Shown here piece after piece: positions 31,611 through 41,445 of a DNA stretch of 64,000 bases. How positions within the stretch are numbered: position 1 is the stretch's first letter; each line of letters starts with the position of its first letter. The notes beneath the pieces are model-generated. The model was not told the origin of the DNA, searched no databases, and saw only the letters and a program-made list of their open reading frames with translations. The position numbers were made by a program, and so were the translations under genes. Source of the stretch: an uncultured virus (IMG/VR IMGVR_UViG_3300027963_000042) (lineage: Duplodnaviria; Heunggongvirae; Uroviricota; Caudoviricetes); the IMG/VR virus record IMGVR_UViG_3300027963_000042, positions 62,001 through 126,000 of that record. One strand, 5' to 3'.

Positions 31611-32387
31611 TTAATTCCACTGTAAAAAATATGAAGGAGTGTTCTCACCATTAATCATATCCATAACTTCTTGTAATTCAGCTTCTCCTGTTGTTCTGAT
31701 ATCAGAAGCGTTTATCTGAACACCACCAGGTAAATTATAGGTAAATACAGAAAGCATGTTTGCTAATGCTATTTTAGATTTAGCAATGCAATATCTAACA
31801 AAAAGCTCATCTGCAAAAAGATCATCGTCATTTAGTGCAACAAAGCATCTAACAGATACATCAGTACCACCAACACCAAACCCCTGAGCAAGTTGGCCTT
31901 TACCGGATCTACCAGGATCCCTACCCAGAATGGTTAATTTTTTGCTATTTTTATTCCATTTAAAAGCAAAAGTCTCTAATAAATATGCTTTAGCTAAATC
32001 GAAATATGAGTACATAACAGTACGATAAACTAGGTTATCCCCAACAAAAGGTGAAAGCAATAATTCAGATCCAAGTAATTTAGAATCACCAAAATCCCTA
32101 TCAGGATTACCAGATATACCGGAGCCACCAACTTCTCTAACATCATATATGCTAATAATAGATTCAGGTAATTTTATTTGTCGAGTTGCTCTGAATTCAG
32201 GATGTCTGAATATTTCATTTTGCAAAATAAAAACCCTATCCTCGACGGCATACTGATAGTTATCAAAAAACCATGCTTTGGCTCTTTTGATTATTCTTTT
32301 TGTTTCTTGCTGATTTAGATTATATGGAAGGGCACAGCTAAAAGAAAGTGCGTCTTCTATTTCTTGTATTAATTCTTCTTCTGTCAT
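31611..32387 (-). CDS. Neck/head-tail adaptor protein, T4 gp13-like
   Basis: F.WNKNSKKLTILG, FVRYCIAKSKIAL...NLPGGVQINASDI..GEAEL matches the gp13 C-terminal LPGGV.LNG motif. Confidence 0.75.
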   Translation of the reverse strand: MTEEELIQEIEDALSFSCALPYNLNQQETKRIIKRAKAWFFDNYQYAVEDRVFILQNEIFRHPEFRATRQIKLPESIISIYDVREVGGSGISGNPDRDFGDSKLLGSELLLSPFVGDNLVYRTVMYSYFDLAKAYLLETFAFKWNKNSKKLTILGRDPGRSGKGQLAQGFGVGGTDVSVRCFVALNDDDLFADELFVRYCIAKSKIALANMLSVFTYNLPGGVQINASDIRTTGEAELQEVMDMINGENTPSYFLQWN

Positions 32388-32403
32388 CTTTTAGCGGTTA
32401 TTT

Positions 32404-33810
32404 TTAAAAGTTCATGTTACCAAATCTTAAATTATTGTATCTATCATTTAGATCTTTTAATCTCTTATCGGTAACGAACCTTTCCTTTCTGAAATCTTCC
32501 CAGCCTTTAACTTTCAGCGTCTCCTTACTTACGTCAGCATTTTCACCAATCTCACCAGCCCTTAAAACTCCATCTTTTATCTTACAGTTAATACTTTTGC
32601 CTTCGCAATCAATAAAGCAATCTTCAAGTTCGTTTCCAAAATCAACAACGCAGTCTTTGATCTTCGAAGATGTAACTATAGTATCATTAACTATATAGCA
32701 TTCCTCTATTGAGGATTTTTTTATCTTGGAGCTGTAAATATTACAGTTTTTTATTATACCATTCTTTATGTCGCAAAGGATCAAATCAATATCTTTGAGT
32801 TCCAAAGCCTCTCTACTTCTAGCGTCTTTTAATTGGCATCTTCCTGTGGTAGTGTCATAATTAAAATACCCAGAGGTAACGTTACCCTCAACGATTATAT
32901 CAAATATTTTATCCCTGATAACAGACCAGTATGTTTTTATGTTCTCGTCCCATCCTTTAAGATCTACAAAAATATGGAAATCGGGGTAATTTCTAAAGAA
33001 GAAATCAGGATCACTAAAAGATCTAACAACCTTAGTATACTGATTCATCATACTCTGAAGCTTAGCAAGGTCATCTTTTGAGTATCCTGATATTCTGTGG
33101 CTAAGCAAGTCATAAAGGTAAAGAATCACATAATCTATAATCTCTCTTATGTCTTTGCTTTTCTTTTGGTAATCACGATTACCAAGATATCTAAATTCTA
33201 AATATCCCTTGGGTATTTTTGTGAAGTTTACCCCGTAGTATTTGTCCTCTGGAACTTTAAACATTTTGGGATCAATAGTAGTTAGATTTTCGATCATAGA
33301 AAATCTATTCCTAGGAACCACTCTTTTTATAGATTTAGCATAAACATTTTTAGATCTATCTCCAAATTTAGAATAGATAAAATTCTCGTCAAATCCTAAT
33401 ATAAATTTTAACTTGTCTAGATTTTCTATCCTATCCTTAACTTCTTTCCTGAACTTGTCAAAGCTAACAGAGAATTGGAATGCACATCTATCTGTCGTCC
33501 AACCATTTTCGTCTATCCAATTAAGGACTTTAATTAATATAGTAATAGCTTCATTATAAGGTAGTGGACCAGTAATGAACTCCATCATTTTGCTCCCTCC
33601 GGAATAATCTGGTTCTAGCTTACATGTGCTGGCATCCACAACAATATTAGAGTGGTACCTTTCGGATACCACTACTTTTTTGTTTATTAGCTTGGAAAGG
33701 GATTCAGCTGTTCTGCCCTTTAGCATATTGGTATAGAATTCAAACTCGAATCCTATTACCGAAGAGCTAAGAGCATGGAGCTTATCAAAATGTGTTCTAT
33801 TATCGCTCAT
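32404..33810 (-). CDS. Putative amidoligase (COOH-NH2 ligase) family protein with a C-terminal beta-helix-like region
   Basis: IGFEFEF, EPDYS, MEFITGP, DRCAFQFSV, KYYGVNF, YLEFR; C-terminal I-x-x-C/S-x repeats. Confidence 0.65.
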   Translation of the reverse strand: MSDNRTHFDKLHALSSSVIGFEFEFYTNMLKGRTAESLSKLINKKVVVSERYHSNIVVDASTCKLEPDYSGGSKMMEFITGPLPYNEAITILIKVLNWIDENGWTTDRCAFQFSVSFDKFRKEVKDRIENLDKLKFILGFDENFIYSKFGDRSKNVYAKSIKRVVPRNRFSMIENLTTIDPKMFKVPEDKYYGVNFTKIPKGYLEFRYLGNRDYQKKSKDIREIIDYVILYLYDLLSHRISGYSKDDLAKLQSMMNQYTKVVRSFSDPDFFFRNYPDFHIFVDLKGWDENIKTYWSVIRDKIFDIIVEGNVTSGYFNYDTTTGRCQLKDARSREALELKDIDLILCDIKNGIIKNCNIYSSKIKKSSIEECYIVNDTIVTSSKIKDCVVDFGNELEDCFIDCEGKSINCKIKDGVLRAGEIGENADVSKETLKVKGWEDFRKERFVTDKRLKDLNDRYNNLRFGNMNF

Positions 33811-34990
33811 TTACCGGCTCTGCGAAAATTTTTCCGCTAGCGGGTTCAACTTGATAAACCGTAACTAGTAGATCGTCCCCGGGTTTAAGATTATTGGTTT
33901 TTTTACCAATTCTCTCCTGAGGGATAAGAGCCATAAGACCAAATGCTACAAGATCAATAAGAATACCATTTTTTCTCTTGTGTTTAATTTTTGCTTCAAT
34001 TGGCTCGCATGTTCCGTCCTTGATTTGTTTATCAAGATCGTGTATAATAACGTTTCTTTCTAGAGGTTTCTCTAGAGTTAATGTTAATCTGTTATTGTCT
34101 TTAATCTCCTTAACGTAAAATTCGATCTCATCACCAGGATTTACACTAGTAATTGAGTTATCCTCGCTGAATTCAGTTTTGTGTATAAGTCCAGTATAAA
34201 CCTCTTCCCATTCAACAAATACGCCAAAGTTGCTTGTTCCAGTAACATATCCTTTATATTTCTTAGTAAGATCCAATTCCTGAATCTTGCTTTCCATAAT
34301 TTTATTAAGATATTTCTTATAAGAAACGATAAAGATGTCCTTAGCTTCAATGTATCCTTCAATCATTACATGTAATTCTTTACCTATATAAGATTCAAAA
34401 TCAGTAATTCTATTAGCAGCAGCCAAAGATCCAGGTAAGAAACATTTAATACCAGATAGATCAACAATATATCCACCCTTATTAATGCTCTCTATCTTAA
34501 CCAGGTATGCACTAGACTCCTTCTTAATCTGTTCGAATAATTCAACTCTAAGGCTGTGTATGTAATATTCAACAACAGAACCTGAGTATACTCCCCCGCT
34601 TTTTCTAATCTTAGCCTGTAATACATCTCCTGGATTGAAAGATATGTCAGTTATTTTTAATTTGTCAGCGTCTTTTCTCTCCTTCTTAAGATCTATGTAA
34701 ATTGTTTGCCCTGTGCTTGTTTGTGCTAGTGCTTCTGTCTCAGTAACACTAACGACCTTACATGGGTAAATGCTACCCTCGTCAAGATCTTTAGATAAAC
34801 TCACATTTCCCGAAACCTCTCCGAAATAATTATTATAAGCATCTAATAGTTCCTGAGCATAAGGCTCATGGCAATAGACTTTAGATCCACTAGGAATCCT
34901 TTTTAGTTTAGTGTTTGGTTTTCTGCCATTCTCTACGTCCCAGTTAAAATCGTCCGGGTTGTGTGTTTTATTTGATGATAAATCGATCAT
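33800..34990 (-). CDS. rpsA: Ribosomal protein bS1-like protein (about 4 S1 domains)
   Basis: NKGGYIVDLSGIKCFLPGSL...DFESYIGKEL (bS1 domain 2-like) and GYVTGTSNFGVFVEW..TGLIHKTEF (domain 3-like); N-terminal DDFNWD. Confidence 0.8.
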   Translation of the reverse strand: MIDLSSNKTHNPDDFNWDVENGRKPNTKLKRIPSGSKVYCHEPYAQELLDAYNNYFGEVSGNVSLSKDLDEGSIYPCKVVSVTETEALAQTSTGQTIYIDLKKERKDADKLKITDISFNPGDVLQAKIRKSGGVYSGSVVEYYIHSLRVELFEQIKKESSAYLVKIESINKGGYIVDLSGIKCFLPGSLAAANRITDFESYIGKELHVMIEGYIEAKDIFIVSYKKYLNKIMESKIQELDLTKKYKGYVTGTSNFGVFVEWEEVYTGLIHKTEFSEDNSITSVNPGDEIEFYVKEIKDNNRLTLTLEKPLERNVIIHDLDKQIKDGTCEPIEAKIKHKRKNGILIDLVAFGLMALIPQERIGKKTNNLKPGDDLLVTVYQVEPASGKIFAEPVNER

Positions 34991-35022
34991 GTTTTTTTTG
35001 TTTAAGAAGTTATTAATCTTAG

Positions 35023-35030
35023 TATATATC
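35023..35030 (-). promoter_or_regulatory. Putative late promoter GATATATA
   Basis: 32 nt upstream of the S1-like gene. Confidence 0.7.
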
Positions 35031-35063
35031 CAAGCTTAAGTTCCTTTAAAAGTCCGTAATTTT

Positions 35064-36599
35064 TTAAAAAACTACCGGAACAAAACCTACCATAGGAGCA
35101 GGCCCACCAGGGGTTGGTACACCTCCGTTATAAATTAGCTTAAACTCAAGCATATTGGCTGCAAAGGAGAAAGCTAGAGCACTAGAAACTGCGATAGCAC
35201 TGATTCTTCTTTCTGGTATTGTTTTAAAAATTTTTCCTGTATTAAATGCTCTTCTGAGATAATCAGCAAGTCTTTTTCGACTTCCGTAATAAATCGGTGT
35301 ATATAAACCACCTAAGGGTAGAGGGATTACACAAGGGGGTACAGGAGGATTTGCAGAAAATGGCTGTTGTATTGTAGATGCCCAATAAGCTGAAATCCCC
35401 TTAGCCATGATATTATAAGGATCATTAGGATTAGCCTCATCTTCCACCGAAGATCTATTTGCAGCAGCAATTGCAGCATCTATTAATTCCTGTATGTATC
35501 TTCTTTTTAGCTCCAAGAATCTTTCTGCCTCTGCTTTATATTCTATAGCCTTAGATTCAGATATACCATCAGATGTGTTTACTATTTCCGAATAAAGCTC
35601 AGATCCTGTAGATAACCCTTTAACTAGATAATCTAACTGGCCTACTCCAAAAGCATCAATCTTACCACCAAAGAGATTGTCTAGATTAGCATTAGTTAGT
35701 ATATTGCTTACTTTAAAAGCCTCATCTATATTGGCATCTATCTCGTCATCAGTATCATAATATTCATCTCCAGAATTTATCTCGTCATCAGTATAATAAT
35801 CGCTGCTCAAGATTTTTAATTTTTTGAATAGCCCACTATCATACCTTTTATCATAAGTGAACTTAGTTATAAAATCCATTACCATATAATTAGGAATCCT
35901 CTGCGGATCATTAATATGCTCCTCCTGAAATAGCTCCTTAGATATGTTAATATTACGAAGATTCTTAAAATCCCCTATTTTTTTATCGCTGCTAGTTCCT
36001 ATGCTTTTTATAATCTCTATAGATTTATCTACAACTTCCTTTGTCCAATCAGAATAGCTAGGATCGAATCCTATTACATATAACCATTGTATATAATCTG
36101 ATGTTCCGTCATATTTTTGAACTATTCTTCTAGCTATTTCTAAAACTTGCCCACTCCTTGTCTTTGGAAAATTTGGAAATTGTGAGAAAAATATTGAATA
36201 TGTAAAATCAGGTATACTTGCCCCGTTTAACTCTGCCCATGCTAAAAATTCAAGATCAAATTTATCCAGATACTCCTCAATATCAATGAGCGGAATTGGC
36301 TCTTTTAGATCCTCATATTTAGGATCTTTTAATTTCTTCTCTAATGTAGGTGATTTTTCGCTCTCAAGCAATTTAAAAGCTTTCGAAAATGCAGTCTTTA
36401 ATAATTCTGAATTCCCCTTCCGGTGTAAGTTACCAAACGGTGTTTGTGCCTTATTGTTTACAGCTAAAACATATTGATCCGCAAGATATGTTGCAAAATC
36501 ATCGACATCCTTTCCTGCAGGATCATAAGGTCCCTGAATCGATTGTCCAGAAAGCTTATTAGAAACATTAGTTATAAAAGAACTCCAATTTGCTGGCAT
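35064..36599 (-). CDS. Hypothetical baseplate-region protein
   Basis: Immediately downstream of the spike gene; Pro/Gly-rich C-terminus (NPPVPPC...GGVPTPGGPAP). Confidence 0.5.
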   Translation of the reverse strand: MPANWSSFITNVSNKLSGQSIQGPYDPAGKDVDDFATYLADQYVLAVNNKAQTPFGNLHRKGNSELLKTAFSKAFKLLESEKSPTLEKKLKDPKYEDLKEPIPLIDIEEYLDKFDLEFLAWAELNGASIPDFTYSIFFSQFPNFPKTRSGQVLEIARRIVQKYDGTSDYIQWLYVIGFDPSYSDWTKEVVDKSIEIIKSIGTSSDKKIGDFKNLRNINISKELFQEEHINDPQRIPNYMVMDFITKFTYDKRYDSGLFKKLKILSSDYYTDDEINSGDEYYDTDDEIDANIDEAFKVSNILTNANLDNLFGGKIDAFGVGQLDYLVKGLSTGSELYSEIVNTSDGISESKAIEYKAEAERFLELKRRYIQELIDAAIAAANRSSVEDEANPNDPYNIMAKGISAYWASTIQQPFSANPPVPPCVIPLPLGGLYTPIYYGSRKRLADYLRRAFNTGKIFKTIPERRISAIAVSSALAFSFAANMLEFKLIYNGGVPTPGGPAPMVGFVPVVF

Positions 36600-36601
36600 C
36601 G

Positions 36602-37303
36602 TTATTTGGTTTTAGATACTTGACTTAAATGCTTAGGATCTGTCATAGGTACAATAGGTACACCAGAAGGTCCTACCCCAGTTGGGTGTGTATGGGCATT
36701 AAAGAAAGTTAGAAAGGTGCTTCCTAAAACTAGTTTCTCTATAGCGGCTTCCCCCAGCTCTATATTTTGAGATTTTACAATCACTTTTTGCTTTGCCCCT
36801 TGTTTTTCCATTCTAACCTCGTCATCATTCAACTTTAAAACTATCCTAAGTTTCTCCTTATCCGTTCCAGCATTTTGTGTATCAAGTTGAATAGTTGCAT
36901 CACCGAGTTGAAAAACAAGACCTTTTTTTCTTGTGTATATCATCTTCAGAGTTCCTGGTTGAGCCTCCGAGTCATAAATTAAAGCATGTGTACCCTCATA
37001 TGAATTATCCTCCTTGAGTTCTGTCATAAGATCCTTAGAAATCTCCTTAATATACTGATAGCTTATCTTGTAATAATTATTATCCTCAAAATGAACTGCT
37101 ACGACAGAGCCTACTCTAGGTATGCTTATGTTGCCTCCGCCGAAATCTCCGCCAAAAGATAAACCTGCAATCTGTTCTGCCCAGGGCAAATCATCAGAAG
37201 GAATACCGTCAAATATACCAAAAACTTCTATTTTTGCTCTTCCTTGGTAAAGTGGATCTTCAATATCAACCACCTTACCAAGGTATGTTTTTTCACTTGG
37301 CAT
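36602..37303 (-). CDS. Baseplate central spike (gp5/gpV-like OB fold, no lysozyme domain)
   Basis: YLGKVVDIEDPLYQGRAKIEVFG...LPWA...IPRVGSVVAVHF OB-fold; C-terminal HTH metal-binding tip. Confidence 0.85.
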   Translation of the reverse strand: MPSEKTYLGKVVDIEDPLYQGRAKIEVFGIFDGIPSDDLPWAEQIAGLSFGGDFGGGNISIPRVGSVVAVHFEDNNYYKISYQYIKEISKDLMTELKEDNSYEGTHALIYDSEAQPGTLKMIYTRKKGLVFQLGDATIQLDTQNAGTDKEKLRIVLKLNDDEVRMEKQGAKQKVIVKSQNIELGEAAIEKLVLGSTFLTFFNAHTHPTGVGPSGVPIVPMTDPKHLSQVSKTK

Positions 37304-37305
37304 AA

Positions 37306-39846
37306 TTATTCAAATTTTTCAGGACTAGGATTCATCCCACCTGTGCTAATATTATACTTATCTTTCGATTTTAAATTTCCCATATCTAAAGGGTTTTCGA
37401 CTATAAAATCTCCGCTCGTGTTCGGATAGGCTTTTCCTATATCTCCCCTTGATTTTCTACTCTCCGTTTCAGATTTTTGGTAAACTGCATTAGGCTTTGT
37501 AGTGAATGTGTTTACTGCATCTCTAAGTTCCCCATTAGAAGCAATTTTTTGTGTTTGTGCATAAACAGGTCCTGCTTCTATAGTTGTTTGATTTGAATTT
37601 TTTACAGCATCAGGATAAACCTTTTGTTCAGTGAGTGGTATTGGATTTTGATTAGGTGGATATACATCGTCTGATATTTGGGGATAAACTCTATCAGGTA
37701 CACCTAGATCAGATCCAGGAACGTTGGAATAAGCATCACCTCCTGGATTAGTATAAACCCTATCGGGTACACCTAGGTCAGATCCGGGAACGTTGGAATA
37801 AGCATCACCTACTGGATTAGTGTAAACCCTATCGGGTACACCTAGAGCAGTTCCTGGTACATCACTATAAACGTCTCCACCTGGATTAGTGTAAACCCTA
37901 TCGGGAACACCTAGAGCAGTTCCTGGTACATCACTATAAACGTCTCCACCAGGATTAGTATAAACCCTATCTGGTACACCTAAGTCTGTTCCAGGTACGC
38001 TAGTGTACGCGTCCCCGCCAGGTGCGGGATATACCCTATCGGGGACTCCTAAGTCTGCTCCAGGCACAGTAGCATAGACGTCACCAGTGGGAACAGGATA
38101 TACCCTATCAGGAACACCTAAATCAGTCCCAGGCACAGTAGCATAGACGTCACCCGTGGGAACAGGATATACCCTTCCTGGTACACCCAAATCTGTACCA
38201 GGTACTTCGTTGTAAGCATCACCCACTGGTGCGGTATAAACTCTATCAGGAACTCCTAAATCAGGTCCGGGTACACTCGTGTATGAGTCTCCCCCGGGTG
38301 CAGGGTAAACCCTACCTTGAATACCAGATACGCTGCTAACACCTAAATCTTGACCCGGTACTTTACCATATACGTCATCTGATACTTTTTTATAAACTCT
38401 CTGTGGCGGACCACCTAAACCTGCTGTTTGTGGATTAGGTAGCTCTGTCTTTTTGAATCCAGCATTAACATTACCTAGTTGATCCAAGAATTGCTGAGCA
38501 CTGTTAAATGATAAATTACCTAATACCTGGGAAGGATTCAAGCTATATATGTTACCAAGGGCTAGTGAGTCTAAGCCAGCAACATTAGGTTTTATGAAGC
38601 TTGCAACTCCTTCGTTAATAAGATCATTTAGTGAATTACTTAAAAAGTTAGTTAATAGCTCACCCCCCATAGAAAGAATATCACTACCTAAATTACTAGG
38701 ATTTCTCTGAACCGATGATCTAGCTCCGTCCCAACTATCACCAAGAATCATCGGCTTACCGTCTTGTCTGATATTTGGATATTGGTTTCTCATTCTGACC
38801 CTACCTACTATAATTCTGAATTTCTGTCCTACTGGTGTTGCTATGTCTGAACCCGCACTGATCTCAGTTGGAATTGCTGTGCTCTCGCTGAAATCGAATT
38901 CACAATTTCTGCACTCAAAAACTATAACCGGCTTTATGCCCGATTGATCTTGTTGATTTCTAAACATAGACAAATCATTATCTACTCCACCCCTATCTAG
39001 GACATTACCTACAAACGAATTAAATCCGCTTGCAGGATTTGTGTCTGATGATCCCCCGTTATTTTCGCTATTCTGTTCACCCGCAACATCTCCTATGTTT
39101 GTCCCTGGGTTATTGCCGGATCCAAGCATCGATGTTAAATTGTCTATCGTAGTTAAAGCAGCAGAAGATCCTATAAGTCTAGATGTCTTGAAAAAATTAC
39201 GTATTTCAGAAACGAAAATATACATAGTAAATTTTCTAAGGTTTCTTGGAACTAACTCTCTCATATTATCATAGTCAAAAGTTGCCTGATTATATAGATC
39301 TGCAAGAGCACTCATTCTCAAATTTAGAGACTCCAATGTGGTAAACTCTAAAGCCTTACTTGCAGTTCTTTGTGAGTTAAATTCACTACCAGACTCAGCA
39401 GCAAATCCCTTTCTTGATACCAAAGATAATTGATCTAATCCTGATATTGTCTGTAAAAACCAAGGTGAATTATTAAGTAAGTCAGTTAAACTATTTTTAA
39501 ACTGTATAAGCATATCTGATCTTTTTCCTCCCCTAGGAAATTGTGCCTCCCTTTCTCTTAGATATGATGTTGCAGAATAAAAATTGATAGCTCCATTTGG
39601 TGTAGTCCTGTAGGAATACTGCGGTTGGCCGAAAGGATTATCTGAGCTAAATCCACTAGGAATATATGATGTTTCTCTAAAAAGAGGACTGGGAGGAAGA
39701 CCGTCGTCATCTCTTATTGGGAGTGTACCGAAATCTATCACTATTTTAAATCCAAGATATGTTGGATCCTCGTACTTTCCTTGTTTGGATAGCTTAAAGC
39801 CTTTTAAAAATAGACTCCTTAATTTATCTGTTGCTCCTAGTGACAT
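37306..39846 (-). CDS. Tail/baseplate protein with a C-terminal 23-aa tandem repeat
   Basis: Globular N-terminus (EDPTYLGFKI; WFLQTISGLD) may be tube-like (inference); repeats follow. Confidence 0.6.
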   Translation of the reverse strand: MSLGATDKLRSLFLKGFKLSKQGKYEDPTYLGFKIVIDFGTLPIRDDDGLPPSPLFRETSYIPSGFSSDNPFGQPQYSYRTTPNGAINFYSATSYLREREAQFPRGGKRSDMLIQFKNSLTDLLNNSPWFLQTISGLDQLSLVSRKGFAAESGSEFNSQRTASKALEFTTLESLNLRMSALADLYNQATFDYDNMRELVPRNLRKFTMYIFVSEIRNFFKTSRLIGSSAALTTIDNLTSMLGSGNNPGTNIGDVAGEQNSENNGGSSDTNPASGFNSFVGNVLDRGGVDNDLSMFRNQQDQSGIKPVIVFECRNCEFDFSESTAIPTEISAGSDIATPVGQKFRIIVGRVRMRNQYPNIRQDGKPMILGDSWDGARSSVQRNPSNLGSDILSMGGELLTNFLSNSLNDLINEGVASFIKPNVAGLDSLALGNIYSLNPSQVLGNLSFNSAQQFLDQLGNVNAGFKKTELPNPQTAGLGGPPQRVYKKVSDDVYGKVPGQDLGVSSVSGIQGRVYPAPGGDSYTSVPGPDLGVPDRVYTAPVGDAYNEVPGTDLGVPGRVYPVPTGDVYATVPGTDLGVPDRVYPVPTGDVYATVPGADLGVPDRVYPAPGGDAYTSVPGTDLGVPDRVYTNPGGDVYSDVPGTALGVPDRVYTNPGGDVYSDVPGTALGVPDRVYTNPVGDAYSNVPGSDLGVPDRVYTNPGGDAYSNVPGSDLGVPDRVYPQISDDVYPPNQNPIPLTEQKVYPDAVKNSNQTTIEAGPVYAQTQKIASNGELRDAVNTFTTKPNAVYQKSETESRKSRGDIGKAYPNTSGDFIVENPLDMGNLKSKDKYNISTGGMNPSPEKFE
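37655..38361 (-). repeat. In-frame 69-bp (23-aa) tandem repeat, nine units plus one longer degenerate unit
   Basis: Consensus VPGTDLGVPDRVY(T/P)xPxGD(V/A)Yxx with synonymous variation between units. Confidence 0.95.
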
Positions 39847-39864
39847 TAATAGATTTAATTTTTA

Positions 39865-39872
39865 TATTTATC
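39865..39872 (-). promoter_or_regulatory. Putative late promoter variant GATAAATA
   Basis: 18 nt upstream of 39846; one base from both GATATATA and the T4 late consensus TATAAATA. Confidence 0.55.
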
Positions 39873-39879
39873 TTATTTT

Positions 39880-41439
39880 TTAAACTTCATTTTTAAGAAT
39901 AGAAATAGGGAATGCCTTAGGAGCAGCTCCCGAAGAGTTAGCTTTCCATGTTCTTTTAGCTAATACTAAATGTTGCTTCATTCCCGCACTTCCTCTGTTC
40001 CAATATATTGACATAGAGAAAACGACATAATTACCAGACAAAAACTCATCTTTAGTTGGGCTCATTGAGGTATTATTTTCTTTATTAGGTAGATCTCCAA
40101 CATTCTGTTGTCTTATGCCTCCGCTCGAAACGTAAATAGCTACAGGGATAACCTGACCCCTATAGATTCCAGGAAAGAAATCAGTAAGCTCCACTTCTAG
40201 TGTTAGCTTTGTGCAATCGTTTATATTTATAAGATTCTGATATTTAGCATGAAGGTAATTCTTATGAACACCACCATTATCAGAAACCTGGGTATTTAAT
40301 ACTCCAAGCCATTCTCTTCTTTTTTCTTCCTTGTATTCATTTCCTCTGGCTCTACCTTTTTGTAGAATAGCTCCTACACCAACATGCTCAGCTGTAATTG
40401 ACTCTATTGGATAGCTAACATATTTTTGACCAGGATCATCATTTTCTGTATTTTCGTCATAGAATCCTATGTCGGTAATATAACCACTCCGATTTACATT
40501 ATTACCTGCCCTAGAGGTTAAGGTATATCCATTTATAAAATAAGGCACTAAGCCAAATCCTACCCTATTAGTTATAACCAAAGGTACAGTTTGAGCTGTT
40601 GGTGCGGTTCCCTCCGGAAGAGCAGCATCTATTTTATTACCCGCCGAGGTATATCCAGGTAAAATCCTAGCCTCTGCTTTAGGATCTTTATCAAATGCAA
40701 ATTGAGATCCAAGGTTAACAAAATTAAGATTATAATAAGGATCTATCCAGCAATCATAAAAGCTAGTATCGTCGTCTTTATAAGATCTAAGTGAAACCTC
40801 CTGTATGAAATCATAATAAGAATAATTTGGACATATCCAAGTCATTTTATCCGCTAGCGATTTATCATTAGAAGAAAATCCCAGATTCAAATCTTGCGAG
40901 ACCTCAAGCAGAGTATCGTGTGAATTTAAACTACTGAATGATTTTATTCGGTTTGTGTAAATTCCGGGTATTCTGCATTCTGCAACTATATTAAATCTTA
41001 AATTAATACCCTTCCCCTCAGGATCACTTCCAGATTCAGAGTATTTACTCGATACATCACTAGCAACATTTAGTATATTAAAATCCATTCTTATTGGCTT
41101 ATAGTAATCACCAGGTGCTCTCATGTAGAGAGAAACTATGTCTCCATCTTTAGGGTAATTCACTGATATAAATATGCTTTCAGCTGCAATAAAAGAAAAT
41201 CTGATGACTGGCATAAACCCACCAAGATCCATGTCAAATTTAGTAAGATATAGCGAAATATTATAACCGTTAATCGAAATAAACGGCACATTTAATCCAG
41301 TAGATTTTTCTGCAGTTTCCCCTGAACTTCTTAATGAATTAACATCACTAGCTCCGTTAGCAAGGTCAGTCTGAACTAGCTCGTCCAGCTTCATGTTGTT
41401 TAGTGCTGAACTAGATATAATTATAGAATCTCTTTCCAT
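39880..41439 (-). CDS. Baseplate hub protein (gp27-like)
   Basis: Lies between the gp53-like and spike genes; C-terminal IYRGQVI...DEFLSGNYVV..M...L.KR resembles hub proteins. Confidence 0.6.
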   Translation of the reverse strand: MERDSIIISSSALNNMKLDELVQTDLANGASDVNSLRSSGETAEKSTGLNVPFISINGYNISLYLTKFDMDLGGFMPVIRFSFIAAESIFISVNYPKDGDIVSLYMRAPGDYYKPIRMDFNILNVASDVSSKYSESGSDPEGKGINLRFNIVAECRIPGIYTNRIKSFSSLNSHDTLLEVSQDLNLGFSSNDKSLADKMTWICPNYSYYDFIQEVSLRSYKDDDTSFYDCWIDPYYNLNFVNLGSQFAFDKDPKAEARILPGYTSAGNKIDAALPEGTAPTAQTVPLVITNRVGFGLVPYFINGYTLTSRAGNNVNRSGYITDIGFYDENTENDDPGQKYVSYPIESITAEHVGVGAILQKGRARGNEYKEEKRREWLGVLNTQVSDNGGVHKNYLHAKYQNLININDCTKLTLEVELTDFFPGIYRGQVIPVAIYVSSGGIRQQNVGDLPNKENNTSMSPTKDEFLSGNYVVFSMSIYWNRGSAGMKQHLVLAKRTWKANSSGAAPKAFPISILKNEV

Positions 41440-41445
41440 TTATCT

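Noticed and set aside
35739..35794. 17-bp direct repeat TATCTCGTCATCAGTAT as an att site or target duplication
   Set aside because: Copies are 39 bp apart, in frame, within an acidic loop (TDDEI x2); no mobile element lies between them.
37655..38361. Possible CRISPR array
   Set aside because: The period is exactly 69 bp in frame, variation is largely synonymous, there are no unique spacers and no cas genes; it is a coding repeat.
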